DNA from: a virus
DNA: 64,000 nucleotides
Strand: one strand, 5' to 3'
IMG/VR virus record: IMGVR_UViG_3300035698_018653
Coordinates: 1 to 64,000 of that record
Below, in pieces: positions 49,588 through 59,013 of the stretch. How positions within the stretch are numbered: position 1 is the stretch's first letter; each line of letters opens with the position of its first letter. The notes beneath the pieces are model-generated. The model searched no databases and was not told the DNA's origin. It saw only the letters and a list, made by a program, of their open reading frames with translations. Both the position numbers and the translations under genes were made by a program.

Positions 49588-50352
49588 ATGAAATTAATGA
49601 ATGTAGATGCAAGCGAAGTGGCGAAGTCGGTACAGGGTTTTGATTATAGCCACATTGAGTTTGATAAGTTAGGCGCTCCAGAATATACCATTGTTGCTAT
49701 CGTTACAGATAAGTCAGGTTCAGTATCGGAATTTAAAACTGAGCTGGAGAATATTAATAAGACTTGCGTGGAGTCCTGCCAGAAATCTCCCAAAGCGGAG
49801 AACTTACTTATTCGGTCCACCGCTTTTAATGGTATTGACGGAATAGAGGAGCTTCACGGCTTTACATTACTTTCTGCTATTGATATTAATCAGTATGACG
49901 GAAGTATTGAGGCGGACGGTATGACTCCGCTCTATGACGCAACTCTTGACGGTATAGATACCGTTCTTGATTATTCAAAGAAGCTGTATGACCGTCAGTA
50001 CTTTTGTAACGCAATAGTATTTGTTATTACCGATGGCATAGAGAACAGTTCGCACTCTGGTTCTGTTTCTAAGATTAAAGATGCCATTAGTAAAATAAAG
50101 AAAGGAGAGATGCTTGAGTCTTTTACTTCTGTACTAATCGGAGTGGGGACGGAAGACGATCAGGTCAAAGATTTCCTGGAGAATTTTAATAAGGAAGCCG
50201 GCTTTGATCAGTATGTAGAAATTACAGAAGCAACCCCACAGAAGCTTGCCAAGCTTGCGAAGTTTGTAAGCCAAAGTGTTTCCAGTACGTCGCAAGCTCT
50301 TGGAACGCAAGGCCCGTCTCAGCCTATTGATATTAAAACCGTAACTATCTAA
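49588..50352 (+). CDS. vWA-domain protein (TerY-like)
   Basis: MIDAS DKSGS, GMTPLYDA and ITDG.EN.S. Confidence 0.85.
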   Translation: MKLMNVDASEVAKSVQGFDYSHIEFDKLGAPEYTIVAIVTDKSGSVSEFKTELENINKTCVESCQKSPKAENLLIRSTAFNGIDGIEELHGFTLLSAIDINQYDGSIEADGMTPLYDATLDGIDTVLDYSKKLYDRQYFCNAIVFVITDGIENSSHSGSVSKIKDAISKIKKGEMLESFTSVLIGVGTEDDQVKDFLENFNKEAGFDQYVEITEATPQKLAKLAKFVSQSVSSTSQALGTQGPSQPIDIKTVTI

Positions 50353-51152
50353 TGAATTCTAATTCGTATTTTGAGATTGGATCTTCTCACCTGATCTGCC
50401 AGGACTATGCTCTTTCTGGTAGGTCAGGTGATGGGGGTCTTCAGTATGGGATTATATCTGATGGTTGTAGTTCGTCAAAGCATTCGGAAGTGGGCGCTCA
50501 GATATTATCTTTTGTAGCAAAGTATTGCGTAACACTTTTATACCCACGTATGGATTTCTTAGGGGAGACACTAAGAGATTTTATAATTGATAGGGTAGAA
50601 AAGTTAAGAGCGCTTTATGGTTTACCGGAAGAAGCTCTTGACGCAACTTTATTTATTGTTATTTATGCCGATGGTTTCTGGAGTGTATTTGGTTGGGGTG
50701 ACGGTACAGTTATAATTGAAAAACCATTTGGCGTAGTCAATATTGAAATGATAGAGTACAAACAAAACGCACCTTACTATCTTTCTTATTTGAGAAATTG
50801 CGACAGAAAAGAAAGATATATGAAAGAGTTTAATGATAACAATATAATTCAATCTAGTTATGGTACCTTAAGTACTCCCAGTAAAGTTGAAAGACATGTT
50901 GAAGCTCCATTCTTTTATTCGACTGCTGACGACGAAATTAAATCGATAACTGTTTGCTCAGATGGAATATCAAGTTATATAGACGAATTTGCAAATCCTG
51001 TTGGTATTTTTAAGATGGCCCATGAATTTATTGGTTTTAAAAGAACTAACGGAGAATTTGTTAAATCAAATATGATGTTTCTTAAAAGAAAGATGGAGAG
51101 GGAAGGGATTCAGCATTATGACGATATAAGTTGCGCAACGGTAACGTTATGA
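50352..51152 (+). CDS. PP2C-like protein phosphatase
   Basis: GSSH..CQD, ISDGCSS, GDG, CSDG and DDIS. Confidence 0.88.
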   Translation: MNSNSYFEIGSSHLICQDYALSGRSGDGGLQYGIISDGCSSSKHSEVGAQILSFVAKYCVTLLYPRMDFLGETLRDFIIDRVEKLRALYGLPEEALDATLFIVIYADGFWSVFGWGDGTVIIEKPFGVVNIEMIEYKQNAPYYLSYLRNCDRKERYMKEFNDNNIIQSSYGTLSTPSKVERHVEAPFFYSTADDEIKSITVCSDGISSYIDEFANPVGIFKMAHEFIGFKRTNGEFVKSNMMFLKRKMEREGIQHYDDISCATVTL

Positions 51153-52846
51153 GCAAATCAATAAAAGTATTCCGTAAGGGTAAGCAACCATTAACGCTTA
51201 CCGAGAATCACTATAAGGGTGGTGGTGGAGAGGGAGCAGTATACAAAAGAGATAGATATGCTTATAAAATATATCATGATCCTTCAAAGATGATTTCGGA
51301 AGATAAAATAAAAGAACTTAAAAAGATAAAGAGAAAGAATGTTTTAAATCCTATTGATATTTTATACAATAGCAAAAATAAGCCTATTGGGTTTATGATG
51401 AATTATGTCAAAGATACAGAATATCTTTGTAAATTATTTGTTAAGAACTTTAAAGATCAAAATGGAATTTCAACATCTAATATAACAAATATAGTAATCG
51501 AGATGGAAAAAACATTATCCGATATACATAAATATAATATGCTGGTAGTTGATTATAATGAAATGAATTTTCTGATAGATAAGAAATTTAGTATTCCTTA
51601 TTATATAGATGTAGATTCGTGGCAGACTAAAGATCATAAAGCAAAAGCTTTGATGGAGACAGTTAGGGATAGGGTAACGAAGTATGGAGAGTTTACCGAG
51701 CTGACTGATTGGTTTTCGTTCGCTGTAGTAACGTTCCAGCTTTATACTGGTCTTCACCCTTATAGGGGCGGCAGACACCCTAATTATAAGCCTAGAGACT
51801 GGTCAAAGAGGATGGATGACAACGTATCGGTATTTAATAAAGATGTAGCGCTTCCAAAATTTATACCAAGCTTTTCTTTTATACCAAAGAATTATCTTGC
51901 ATGGTATCAGGAGATATTTGAAAAGAAAGTAAGAAGCGCACCCCCTTCTGTAGCTGGGACAGTTTCTATGCCTTCGATAGTGGTAAAGGTTTCTGGAAAT
52001 GATATATTTGATATTGAGTTATTAGGAAGCTTTACCGGAAATATAAAAGGCGTTTATTATATCGATGGAAATAGATATATAATGACAAATAAGAATGTAT
52101 ATTTTAATACTGACAATAAAACAATATTTACTTTCGGTAGCGATATAAAAAACATAAGGGTGGGAATGGCTTCTATATTTAATGATACATCTCCCGTTAT
52201 CGCATATATAAAAGATACTCAATGTATTTTTCTTGACCTACGGAGAACTTATCAGACCGCTATATTGGCAGATGATTTTATGGAAGCTAACAATGCAATA
52301 TATACGGTACATGGTGGCAAGCTTATAGAGAATACGTTTGAGAAGTTTGGAAAGATAATTCATAAGACCAAGAATGTATGCAATATATATGAGAGCGCAT
52401 ACAAAGTATTTGACAGTATTGTATCTCAAGATATTATGGGTACATGTTGGCTTGCGATTCCGTATGATATAGGTAAATGTGCTCACGTAAGAATGAAAGA
52501 GCTAGACGGATATAGAATTATTGACGCTAAGTATTGTAATCGAACTGCCGTTATTATCGGAGAGAAAGCAGGACTTTATAATCTCTTTACAATATTCTTT
52601 TCTAAAGATGGTCATTCTGTATATGATATAAAGAAAGATGATGTAAGTTATCATTCAATAAATTTTGTAAGAAAAGATGAAGCTTGTGTACTTATAGACA
52701 ATGAAAAGATGACTTTATTTGTTGATAATATAGGCAGGAAGGAACTAAAAAATCCACCACTTGATCTTTCAATGAAAATGTATTGTGAAAATAGCGACGT
52801 TATGTTTGCTAATGAAAATAAACTTTATAAAGTGAGGATGAAATGA
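51149..52846 (+). CDS. Ser/Thr protein kinase (TerY-P type) with a C-terminal beta-rich domain
   Basis: GGGGEGAVY, AYKIY, VDYNEMNFL, IDVDSWQ and DWFSFAV..FQLYTGLHPY. Confidence 0.88.
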   Translation: MSKSIKVFRKGKQPLTLTENHYKGGGGEGAVYKRDRYAYKIYHDPSKMISEDKIKELKKIKRKNVLNPIDILYNSKNKPIGFMMNYVKDTEYLCKLFVKNFKDQNGISTSNITNIVIEMEKTLSDIHKYNMLVVDYNEMNFLIDKKFSIPYYIDVDSWQTKDHKAKALMETVRDRVTKYGEFTELTDWFSFAVVTFQLYTGLHPYRGGRHPNYKPRDWSKRMDDNVSVFNKDVALPKFIPSFSFIPKNYLAWYQEIFEKKVRSAPPSVAGTVSMPSIVVKVSGNDIFDIELLGSFTGNIKGVYYIDGNRYIMTNKNVYFNTDNKTIFTFGSDIKNIRVGMASIFNDTSPVIAYIKDTQCIFLDLRRTYQTAILADDFMEANNAIYTVHGGKLIENTFEKFGKIIHKTKNVCNIYESAYKVFDSIVSQDIMGTCWLAIPYDIGKCAHVRMKELDGYRIIDAKYCNRTAVIIGEKAGLYNLFTIFFSKDGHSVYDIKKDDVSYHSINFVRKDEACVLIDNEKMTLFVDNIGRKELKNPPLDLSMKMYCENSDVMFANENKLYKVRMK

Positions 52847-53583
52847 AAACTAAAGATCAAATAGTTTTTTGGCTTAAACAAATGTTAATTAAAACAAAGA
52901 AAGATGGGTATGTAGTGGGTTTAAGTGGCGGTATTGATTCGGCGGTTGTTGCTTGTTTAATAAAGGAAGCCGTTCCTGAAAATAGCCTTGGAATTATAAT
53001 GCCATGTTTAAGCGATATATTAGATAAAAATTATGCAGTAAAATTAGCAAATCAAATAAATTTAAGGTATTCAATAAAAGATTTAGAAAGTACCTATTAT
53101 CATTTTATAGGAGAAATCGAAGGAGATGGATTAAGGTCCGATGGGTATAATACAATGCTTGGCAATATAAAAGCAAGATTAAGGATGACAACATTATATC
53201 ACACCGCTTCTCTACATAATTATCTTGTGGTTGGCACCTCTAATAAAACAGAAATTTATCTTGGTTATTATACTAAGTATGGAGATGGTGGAGTTGACCT
53301 TGAGCCGATAGGGGATTTATTAAAGAGAGAAGTATATGAACTTGGTAATTATTTTAATATACCTCCCGAAATACAAATAAGAAAACCTTCTGCTGGATTA
53401 TGGGAAGGACAAACAGATGAAGATGAGTTAGGCTTAAGTTATGAGATAATGGATAAGTTTGTAGAGAAACATCCAACAAGAGAATTAAAAGAATGTGATA
53501 GTATAAAGCTTTGTAATTTAAGAATGAATTCAATTCATAAAAGAAATACGCCTGAAATTTGTACCATTAAAAAGGAGTTATAA
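52843..53583 (+). CDS. nadE: NH3-dependent NAD+ synthetase
   Basis: GLSGGIDSAV, NIKARLRM, GTSNKTE, GYYTKYGDG and PSAGLWEGQTDE. Confidence 0.96.
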   Translation: MKTKDQIVFWLKQMLIKTKKDGYVVGLSGGIDSAVVACLIKEAVPENSLGIIMPCLSDILDKNYAVKLANQINLRYSIKDLESTYYHFIGEIEGDGLRSDGYNTMLGNIKARLRMTTLYHTASLHNYLVVGTSNKTEIYLGYYTKYGDGGVDLEPIGDLLKREVYELGNYFNIPPEIQIRKPSAGLWEGQTDEDELGLSYEIMDKFVEKHPTRELKECDSIKLCNLRMNSIHKRNTPEICTIKKEL

Positions 53584-53584
53584 A

Positions 53585-54703
53585 ATGATTATGCCTGATG
53601 ATCACAAACCGTATATTGATTTATATTTCTTAAGGGCAAAAGAGATACTACAGAAGGAGGGATTAAACCCAATAGTAAGGGCTAAAGTATTTATTAGAAA
53701 AGTAAAAGATGGAAGTAATCAGGTTTATGGAATAAATGAAGCAGTTGATATTATAGATAGATATAGTAATTTATTTAAGAATGGCGGTAAGGTTTATGCT
53801 CTTGCCGAAGGGTCTGAGTATTACTCTAAAGAAACTATTATGATTTTAGAGGGAAGGATACAAGATTTTATTGATTTAGAAACAATGTATTTGGGGGTTA
53901 TTAGCTATAATACAACAATGAAGAATGACAGCAGACATGTTGATATAGATAAAGTAAAAACAAACGCAAAAGAAATAGTTGACGTTGTTGAAGGTAGACC
54001 AATTACGTATATGGGGCCAAGGCACTGGCATTATATTTACGATTATGATATTACAGAAGCCGCTTTAAGTGGTGGATTTACAAATTGTTCTACGTATAAT
54101 GGTTCAAGAGAAAAAGTTGTTGGAACAATTCCCCACGCTCTCGAAAATATTTATGCCTGGAAGTACGGAAAAGAAAATGCAGTATTAACTTCCACACTTG
54201 CTTTTGATAGACATATGAATATAGATATCCCCAGAATAGCGTTAGTTGATTATAACAACCGGGAAATAACAGATTCATTGGTTTGTGCTTATGTTTTAAA
54301 AGATAGACTATCCGGTGTAAGGGTCGACACTTGCGGCGAGAATCACATGGAAGATATTGGCGCTGGCCCTGACGAACTCGCTATTACTAGTGGAGTTTCT
54401 GTAAGGGGAGTATATCAGTTAAGAAAGAAATTAAATGAAGTAGGTTTTAAAAATATTAAAATAACTCTTTCAAGTGGATTTGGAGATATTGAAAAGGTAA
54501 AAAGTTTTATAGAGGCAGAAAAGTATTTTGGGGTTAAGCTATTCGATTCTTTAGGGGTTGGTGGATTGTTCGAATCAAGAATGGCTACCATGGACATATT
54601 TGAAGTGGGGGAAAATCTTAATCGCATGAAATTGATAAGCAAAGAAGGCAGAGAGATAAATGATCCTAGTATTCCTTCAGAATTAAAGGAAGTAAAAATA
54701 TAA
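53585..54703 (+). CDS. pncB: Nicotinate phosphoribosyltransferase-like (type II PRTase)
   Basis: DLYF, LETMYLG, GPRH, GTIPHAL, LVDYNN, GVRVDT, SSGF and GVG. Confidence 0.8.
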   Translation: MIMPDDHKPYIDLYFLRAKEILQKEGLNPIVRAKVFIRKVKDGSNQVYGINEAVDIIDRYSNLFKNGGKVYALAEGSEYYSKETIMILEGRIQDFIDLETMYLGVISYNTTMKNDSRHVDIDKVKTNAKEIVDVVEGRPITYMGPRHWHYIYDYDITEAALSGGFTNCSTYNGSREKVVGTIPHALENIYAWKYGKENAVLTSTLAFDRHMNIDIPRIALVDYNNREITDSLVCAYVLKDRLSGVRVDTCGENHMEDIGAGPDELAITSGVSVRGVYQLRKKLNEVGFKNIKITLSSGFGDIEKVKSFIEAEKYFGVKLFDSLGVGGLFESRMATMDIFEVGENLNRMKLISKEGREINDPSIPSELKEVKI

Positions 54704-54883
54704 GTTTTATGTTACTAAAATATATACATTGTATTATAAATAGAGAATAAAAAATCATGATAGATGACAGAGATTCAAATGAGGATAGTCACGAAGATCA
54801 TAAATCATTTTATAAAAGAATTGGTTTTACTTTTGGTTTAATTTTATTAATTCTATTTATATTAAAAATAACAGGTTGTTAAA

Positions 54884-55291
54884 ATGTCTTTAAAGATTCA
54901 AAGAAAAATAAATAGATGGAATAGAAGTAATGTTAGCTTAAGTGTGCTCTGCCCTTCTGATTTAAAAAAAGATACTCGTATATATAAACCTCAAAAAGCA
55001 ACACTATTAGATAAATGTATTATACCAAAATTAAATTCCTCTTTATTTGATTGGCAGAAGTGGAGAGCAAATTCAATACATTCTCTTGGATTTATAGCAT
55101 GCAGATATAGATTTATAGTTTCTGTTTACGGTAAGTATATATTAAAGAAACATGCTGTTGGATATTGTGAGGGAGAGAATCTTGCATGTCGTCCAAAGCT
55201 TTATGAAATAGCCTTAATGTGTTTTAAAGATGGAGGGGAGTTTTGGTTTCATATGAGAAGCAATGAATTCGAAGAGGTATTTTGTAATTAG
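54884..55291 (+). CDS. Hypothetical protein
   Basis: 135-aa ORF. Confidence 0.55.
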   Translation: MSLKIQRKINRWNRSNVSLSVLCPSDLKKDTRIYKPQKATLLDKCIIPKLNSSLFDWQKWRANSIHSLGFIACRYRFIVSVYGKYILKKHAVGYCEGENLACRPKLYEIALMCFKDGGEFWFHMRSNEFEEVFCN

Positions 55292-55304
55292 GAAAAATAT
55301 GAAA

Positions 55305-55377
55305 CGGGGTGTAACTCAGCGGTTAGAGTGCCTGTCTGATATACAGGTGGTCGGTGGTTCAATTCCATCCATCCCGA
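55305..55377 (+). tRNA. tRNA-Ile(GAT)
   Basis: Acceptor stem CGGGGTG/CATCCCG, anticodon arm CCTGT-CTGATAT-ACAGG and T-loop GTTCAATTC. No encoded CCA. Confidence 0.92.
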
Positions 55378-55398
55378 TTATTTTAATGAGGAGTTGAT

Positions 55399-56370
55399 AT
55401 GAAGTTAGAGGATATAGGGTTTTATACATTATCGGATCAGAGGGCAAAGGGGGCTTCCGAAGTTTCTAACTTAAAGCGCTGTGAGCTTATACTTACAGAT
55501 AGATGTAATTTTAAGTGTACTTATTGCCGAGGCATAAAGAAAGAATATCAGGGTGATCTTGACTTTAAAGAAGCAGAAAGAATTGTAAGTTATTGGCTGG
55601 ATAACGAATTAGAGAATATCCGGTTCAGCGGTGGAGAGCCAACACTGTATCAGGGGCTGAATGAGCTTGTTGAGAGGTGTAAATTCTGTGGGGTTAAGAA
55701 TATAGCCGTGTCCACTAATGGATATTCTGAAATGGACGTATATGAAAGATTAATAAAAGATGGAGTAAATGATTTTTCAATATCTTTAGATGCTTGTTGT
55801 TCTGTTATAGGAAACGAAATAAGTAATACTAAGGGTAGCTGGGAGAAAGTTGTTGATAATATAAGGAAGCTTTCAAAGCTAACATATGTTTCTGTCGGTA
55901 TGGTATTTACAGAAGAGAATATTGACTCTTGTGTTGAGAGTGCATTATTTGCAGATGGTCTTGGTGTTTCCGATATTCGTATTATTCCTTCTGCTCAATA
56001 TAACGAAGCTTTAATAATGCTTGCAAAATTACCAGAGGATATATTAAATAAATATCCTATTTTAAAATACAGAATAAACAATATAAGAAACGGAAGACAC
56101 GTAAGGGGAATACAAGAAAGCGATTGTAATAAATGTTGGTTAATGATGGATGATATGGCTGTAATGAAAGGATTTCATTTTCCATGTATTATATATTTAA
56201 GGGAAGGTGGAGAGCCAATAGGGAAGGTGGGCGAGAATTGCAGGAAAGAAAGAGTCAAATGGATAATGGATAACAACACAAAAGAAAATATTATATGTAA
56301 AAATAATTGCCTTGATGTTTGTATTGATTATAATAATAAAGTTGAATCTTTTAACAAGGAGTTAGTATGA
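55399..56370 (+). CDS. Radical SAM protein
   Basis: CNFKCTYC, FSGGEPT, STNG and ISLD, with additional C-terminal Cys residues. Confidence 0.92.
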   Translation: MKLEDIGFYTLSDQRAKGASEVSNLKRCELILTDRCNFKCTYCRGIKKEYQGDLDFKEAERIVSYWLDNELENIRFSGGEPTLYQGLNELVERCKFCGVKNIAVSTNGYSEMDVYERLIKDGVNDFSISLDACCSVIGNEISNTKGSWEKVVDNIRKLSKLTYVSVGMVFTEENIDSCVESALFADGLGVSDIRIIPSAQYNEALIMLAKLPEDILNKYPILKYRINNIRNGRHVRGIQESDCNKCWLMMDDMAVMKGFHFPCIIYLREGGEPIGKVGENCRKERVKWIMDNNTKENIICKNNCLDVCIDYNNKVESFNKELV

Positions 56371-56870
56371 AAGATACGATTTTTATTCATTATGGTCATA
56401 ATGAATTTAATAAGAGTAAATTTCAAAATATAAGTAATGATGGTGCTTGGATAAAGCCCAAAGGGGGGCTATGGGGTTCTCCCATTAACTCTAGTTGGGG
56501 TTGGAAAACTTGGTGTAAAGAAAATAATTTTCAAGATGATGATTTTTCTATTTATTTTGAATTTAAATTAAATATAATATATAGCAATGTTCTTGTTATA
56601 AATTCTTATGGCGATATGCTTAAACTTCCTTGGAAAAATGTCAAATACAGTGATAAAATTAAACGTATTGATTTTGAAGAAATAAATCGATGGTATGATG
56701 CTATTTATTTAACAGAAAATGGACAAAGAGAAACACACTTACCTAAATTTACAGTTAAAGACTATAAGATTGATCATTTTAAAAATCTTTACGGGTGGGA
56801 TTGTGAAAGTGTATTAGTTATGAATCCAAATATAATAGAGGAGTTAAAAAATGAAAAGTGTTATAAGTGA
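56367..56870 (+). CDS. Conserved hypothetical phage protein
   Basis: KPKGGLWGSP, YDAIYLT and LYGWDCES. The H...S...E pattern could be ART-like, but this is unverified. Confidence 0.5.
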   Translation: MKDTIFIHYGHNEFNKSKFQNISNDGAWIKPKGGLWGSPINSSWGWKTWCKENNFQDDDFSIYFEFKLNIIYSNVLVINSYGDMLKLPWKNVKYSDKIKRIDFEEINRWYDAIYLTENGQRETHLPKFTVKDYKIDHFKNLYGWDCESVLVMNPNIIEELKNEKCYK

Positions 56871-58071
56871 TGTTGTAAATGGAAGTCATCTTCCAATAAA
56901 ATTATGGTTAGATAAAGACAAGATAGAAGAAAAAGCATTAGAGCAAGCAAAGAATTTAGCAAGACTCCCTTTTGCTTTTCGTCATATAGCAATTATGCCT
57001 GATGCTCATGTTGGTTATGGAATGTGTATTGGCGGTGTCGTAGCATGCAAAGGTGTAATAATTCCCTATGCTGTTGGTTATGATATTTCATGTGGTATGA
57101 TAGCTGTTAAAACTTCTTTAAAAGAAATAGATAAAGAAACCATAAAGAAAATATTTGGAGGAAGTAGTAAGTATAAGGGAGGGATAAGAAGTTGTATTCC
57201 GGTAGGTAGGGGTCATCATAGTAAAGCACAAGATGAAAGATTTATGCCCAGTGAAGAAATGTTTATGCCTGATTTTCATAACGAAAGAAGTATTTGCGAA
57301 GAGCAATATCAATCTGCTAGAAAACAAGTAGGCACTATGGGGTCAAATAATCATTTCATAGAAATACAAAAAGGAGATGATGGATATATTTGGATTATGA
57401 TTCATTCTGGAAGTAGAAATATAGGATATAGAGTTGCTGATCATTATAATAAAATTGCCGTTAAGTTAAATGAAAAATATTATTCTCAAGTTCCTAAGAG
57501 TTGGCAATTAGCTTACCTTCCTTTAGATTCAAAAGAGGGGCAAAGGTATAAAAAAGAAATGGAGTACTGTATCGAGTTCGCTAATTGTAATAGACAATTA
57601 ATGATGGAAAGAGCAAAAGAATGTTTTAATGAAATAGTTCCAGAAGTAGAATTTACAAATATAACAAATATAGATCATAATTATGCTTCTATGGAGAATC
57701 ATTTTGGTGAAAACGTAATGGTTCATAGAAAGGGGGCTACATTAGCGAGAGCAGGAAAGACCGGAATTATACCTGGTAGTATGGGCACGAAAAGTTATAT
57801 AACCGAAGGACTTGGTAATCCAGAAAGTTTTATGAGTTGCTCTCATGGTGCTGGTAGGGTTTTAAGTAGAACTAAGGCAAAGGAAGATTTAAATTTAAAT
57901 GAAGAAAAAAAGAAGATGGACGATAAGGGAATTATACACAGTATAAGAAATATAAAAGATTTAGAAGAAGCGTCATCAGCTTACAAGAATATTGACGAGG
58001 TAATGGAGAATCAAAAAGACCTCGTAAAGATACTAGTAACTTTAAGTCCACTAGCAGTTATAAAAGGCTAA
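56851..58071 (+). CDS. rtcB: RtcB RNA-splicing/repair ligase
   Basis: MPDAHVGYG, VGYDISCGM, GSNNHFIE, HSGSRN, HNYA, HRKGAT, PGSMG, SCSHGAGR and AYK. Confidence 0.96.
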   Translation: MKSVISDVVNGSHLPIKLWLDKDKIEEKALEQAKNLARLPFAFRHIAIMPDAHVGYGMCIGGVVACKGVIIPYAVGYDISCGMIAVKTSLKEIDKETIKKIFGGSSKYKGGIRSCIPVGRGHHSKAQDERFMPSEEMFMPDFHNERSICEEQYQSARKQVGTMGSNNHFIEIQKGDDGYIWIMIHSGSRNIGYRVADHYNKIAVKLNEKYYSQVPKSWQLAYLPLDSKEGQRYKKEMEYCIEFANCNRQLMMERAKECFNEIVPEVEFTNITNIDHNYASMENHFGENVMVHRKGATLARAGKTGIIPGSMGTKSYITEGLGNPESFMSCSHGAGRVLSRTKAKEDLNLNEEKKKMDDKGIIHSIRNIKDLEEASSAYKNIDEVMENQKDLVKILVTLSPLAVIKG

Positions 58072-58095
58072 TGCTAATGAGAACAATAAATAAAT

Positions 58096-58167
58096 TGTCA
58101 GGTACCCAAGTGGTAAGGGGACTGATTGTTAATCAGTTTGTCGCAAGTTCGAATCTTGCCCTGACAG
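58096..58167 (+). tRNA. tRNA-Asn(GTT)
   Basis: Acceptor stem TGTCAGG/CCTGACA, anticodon arm ACTGA-TTGTTAA-TCAGT and GTTCGAATC. Confidence 0.92.
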
Positions 58168-58175
58168 TAAAAATA

Positions 58176-58249
58176 ACCCGATTGGTCTATTGGATGGGCG
58201 CATGGCTACGGACTATGTTAGAGGGGTTCGATTCCTCTATCGGGTACCA
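58176..58249 (+). tRNA. tRNA-Arg(ACG)
   Basis: Acceptor stem ACCCGAT/ATCGGGT, anticodon arm CATGG-CTACGGA-CTATG, GTTCGATTC and an encoded CCA. Confidence 0.88.
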
Positions 58250-58257
58250 AATTTAAT

Positions 58258-58333
58258 CGTGGTGTGGCGAAGCCTGGTTCAACGCACCGGATTTTGGGTC
58301 CGGCACTCGCAGGTTCGAATCCTGTCACTACCG
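58258..58333 (+). tRNA. tRNA-Gln(TTG)
   Basis: Anticodon arm CCGGA-TTTTGGG-TCCGG, GTTCGAATC and G73, with a C1:C72 mismatch. Confidence 0.82.
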
Positions 58334-58357
58334 AACAATTTAACAGAGGGGGAATAA

Positions 58358-58684
58358 TTGGCAGCACCGAAATCAAAGAATTTTCAAGAAGCGTTTGACC
58401 GCTGTGGTGGTTTTCTTGCGAAACTTGGAACAGATATAGCTTTAATGAAAAATATTGACCGTGCCTTTGAAAAGAATTATGATTTTGTAGAGAAAGATAT
58501 ACCTGTTGATGAGTTAAATAAAGAACAGCTACAGGGCTATTTACAAAAGCACTTAGTTAATATGAGTATGGAGATTAGGCTTGGTATAAGTAATCTGATG
58601 GCGCTCCTCTATCACGTTAAGACCGATAATAAAATTGAGATAGTTAAAGGAAATTTAGAAAACCAAAATTTAAGTGGGAAATAA
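58358..58684 (+). CDS. Hypothetical protein
   Basis: GAGGGG RBS and a TTG start. Confidence 0.6.
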   Translation: MAAPKSKNFQEAFDRCGGFLAKLGTDIALMKNIDRAFEKNYDFVEKDIPVDELNKEQLQGYLQKHLVNMSMEIRLGISNLMALLYHVKTDNKIEIVKGNLENQNLSGK

Positions 58685-58844
58685 AAATGGGTGATCATAT
58701 CCAAGAAATGCTTGCTAAATATTTTAGTAAACTTACGCTTCAAATAGAAAGTGGAAAGTATGGAAATGGAGATCGTGTTGATACAATTGCTTTAAAAAAC
58801 GATGTTGAAGAAAATATAAATACAATAGAGATAGGAGAATAAAG

Positions 58845-59009
58845 ATGGAGAAAGAAAACAATCCAAATAGTTTTAACAAAAAAGAAAAAGAGGAGGGAAA
58901 GGATTTAAAGAAAGAAAATACAGTAACCTGTAATAATTGTAAAGCAAAGTTTGTACTTGAAGGTGAAGAAGATAATTGTCCAAATTGTGGATTAGTGTAT
59001 AGGAGATAA
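58845..59009 (+). CDS. Small zinc-ribbon protein (not in the ORF track)
   Basis: AGGAG RBS; CNNC...CPNC. Confidence 0.5.
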   Translation: MEKENNPNSFNKKEKEEGKDLKKENTVTCNNCKAKFVLEGEEDNCPNCGLVYRR

Positions 59010-59013
59010 TAAA

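Noticed and set aside
58071-58256. 61-aa ORF after rtcB
   Set aside because: It overlaps tRNA-Asn and tRNA-Arg.
58258-58333. Reading this tRNA as Pro(TGG) or as an amber suppressor
   Set aside because: The 5-bp stem CCGGA/TCCGG centres TTG in the 7-nt loop, and no CTA anticodon is present in the window.
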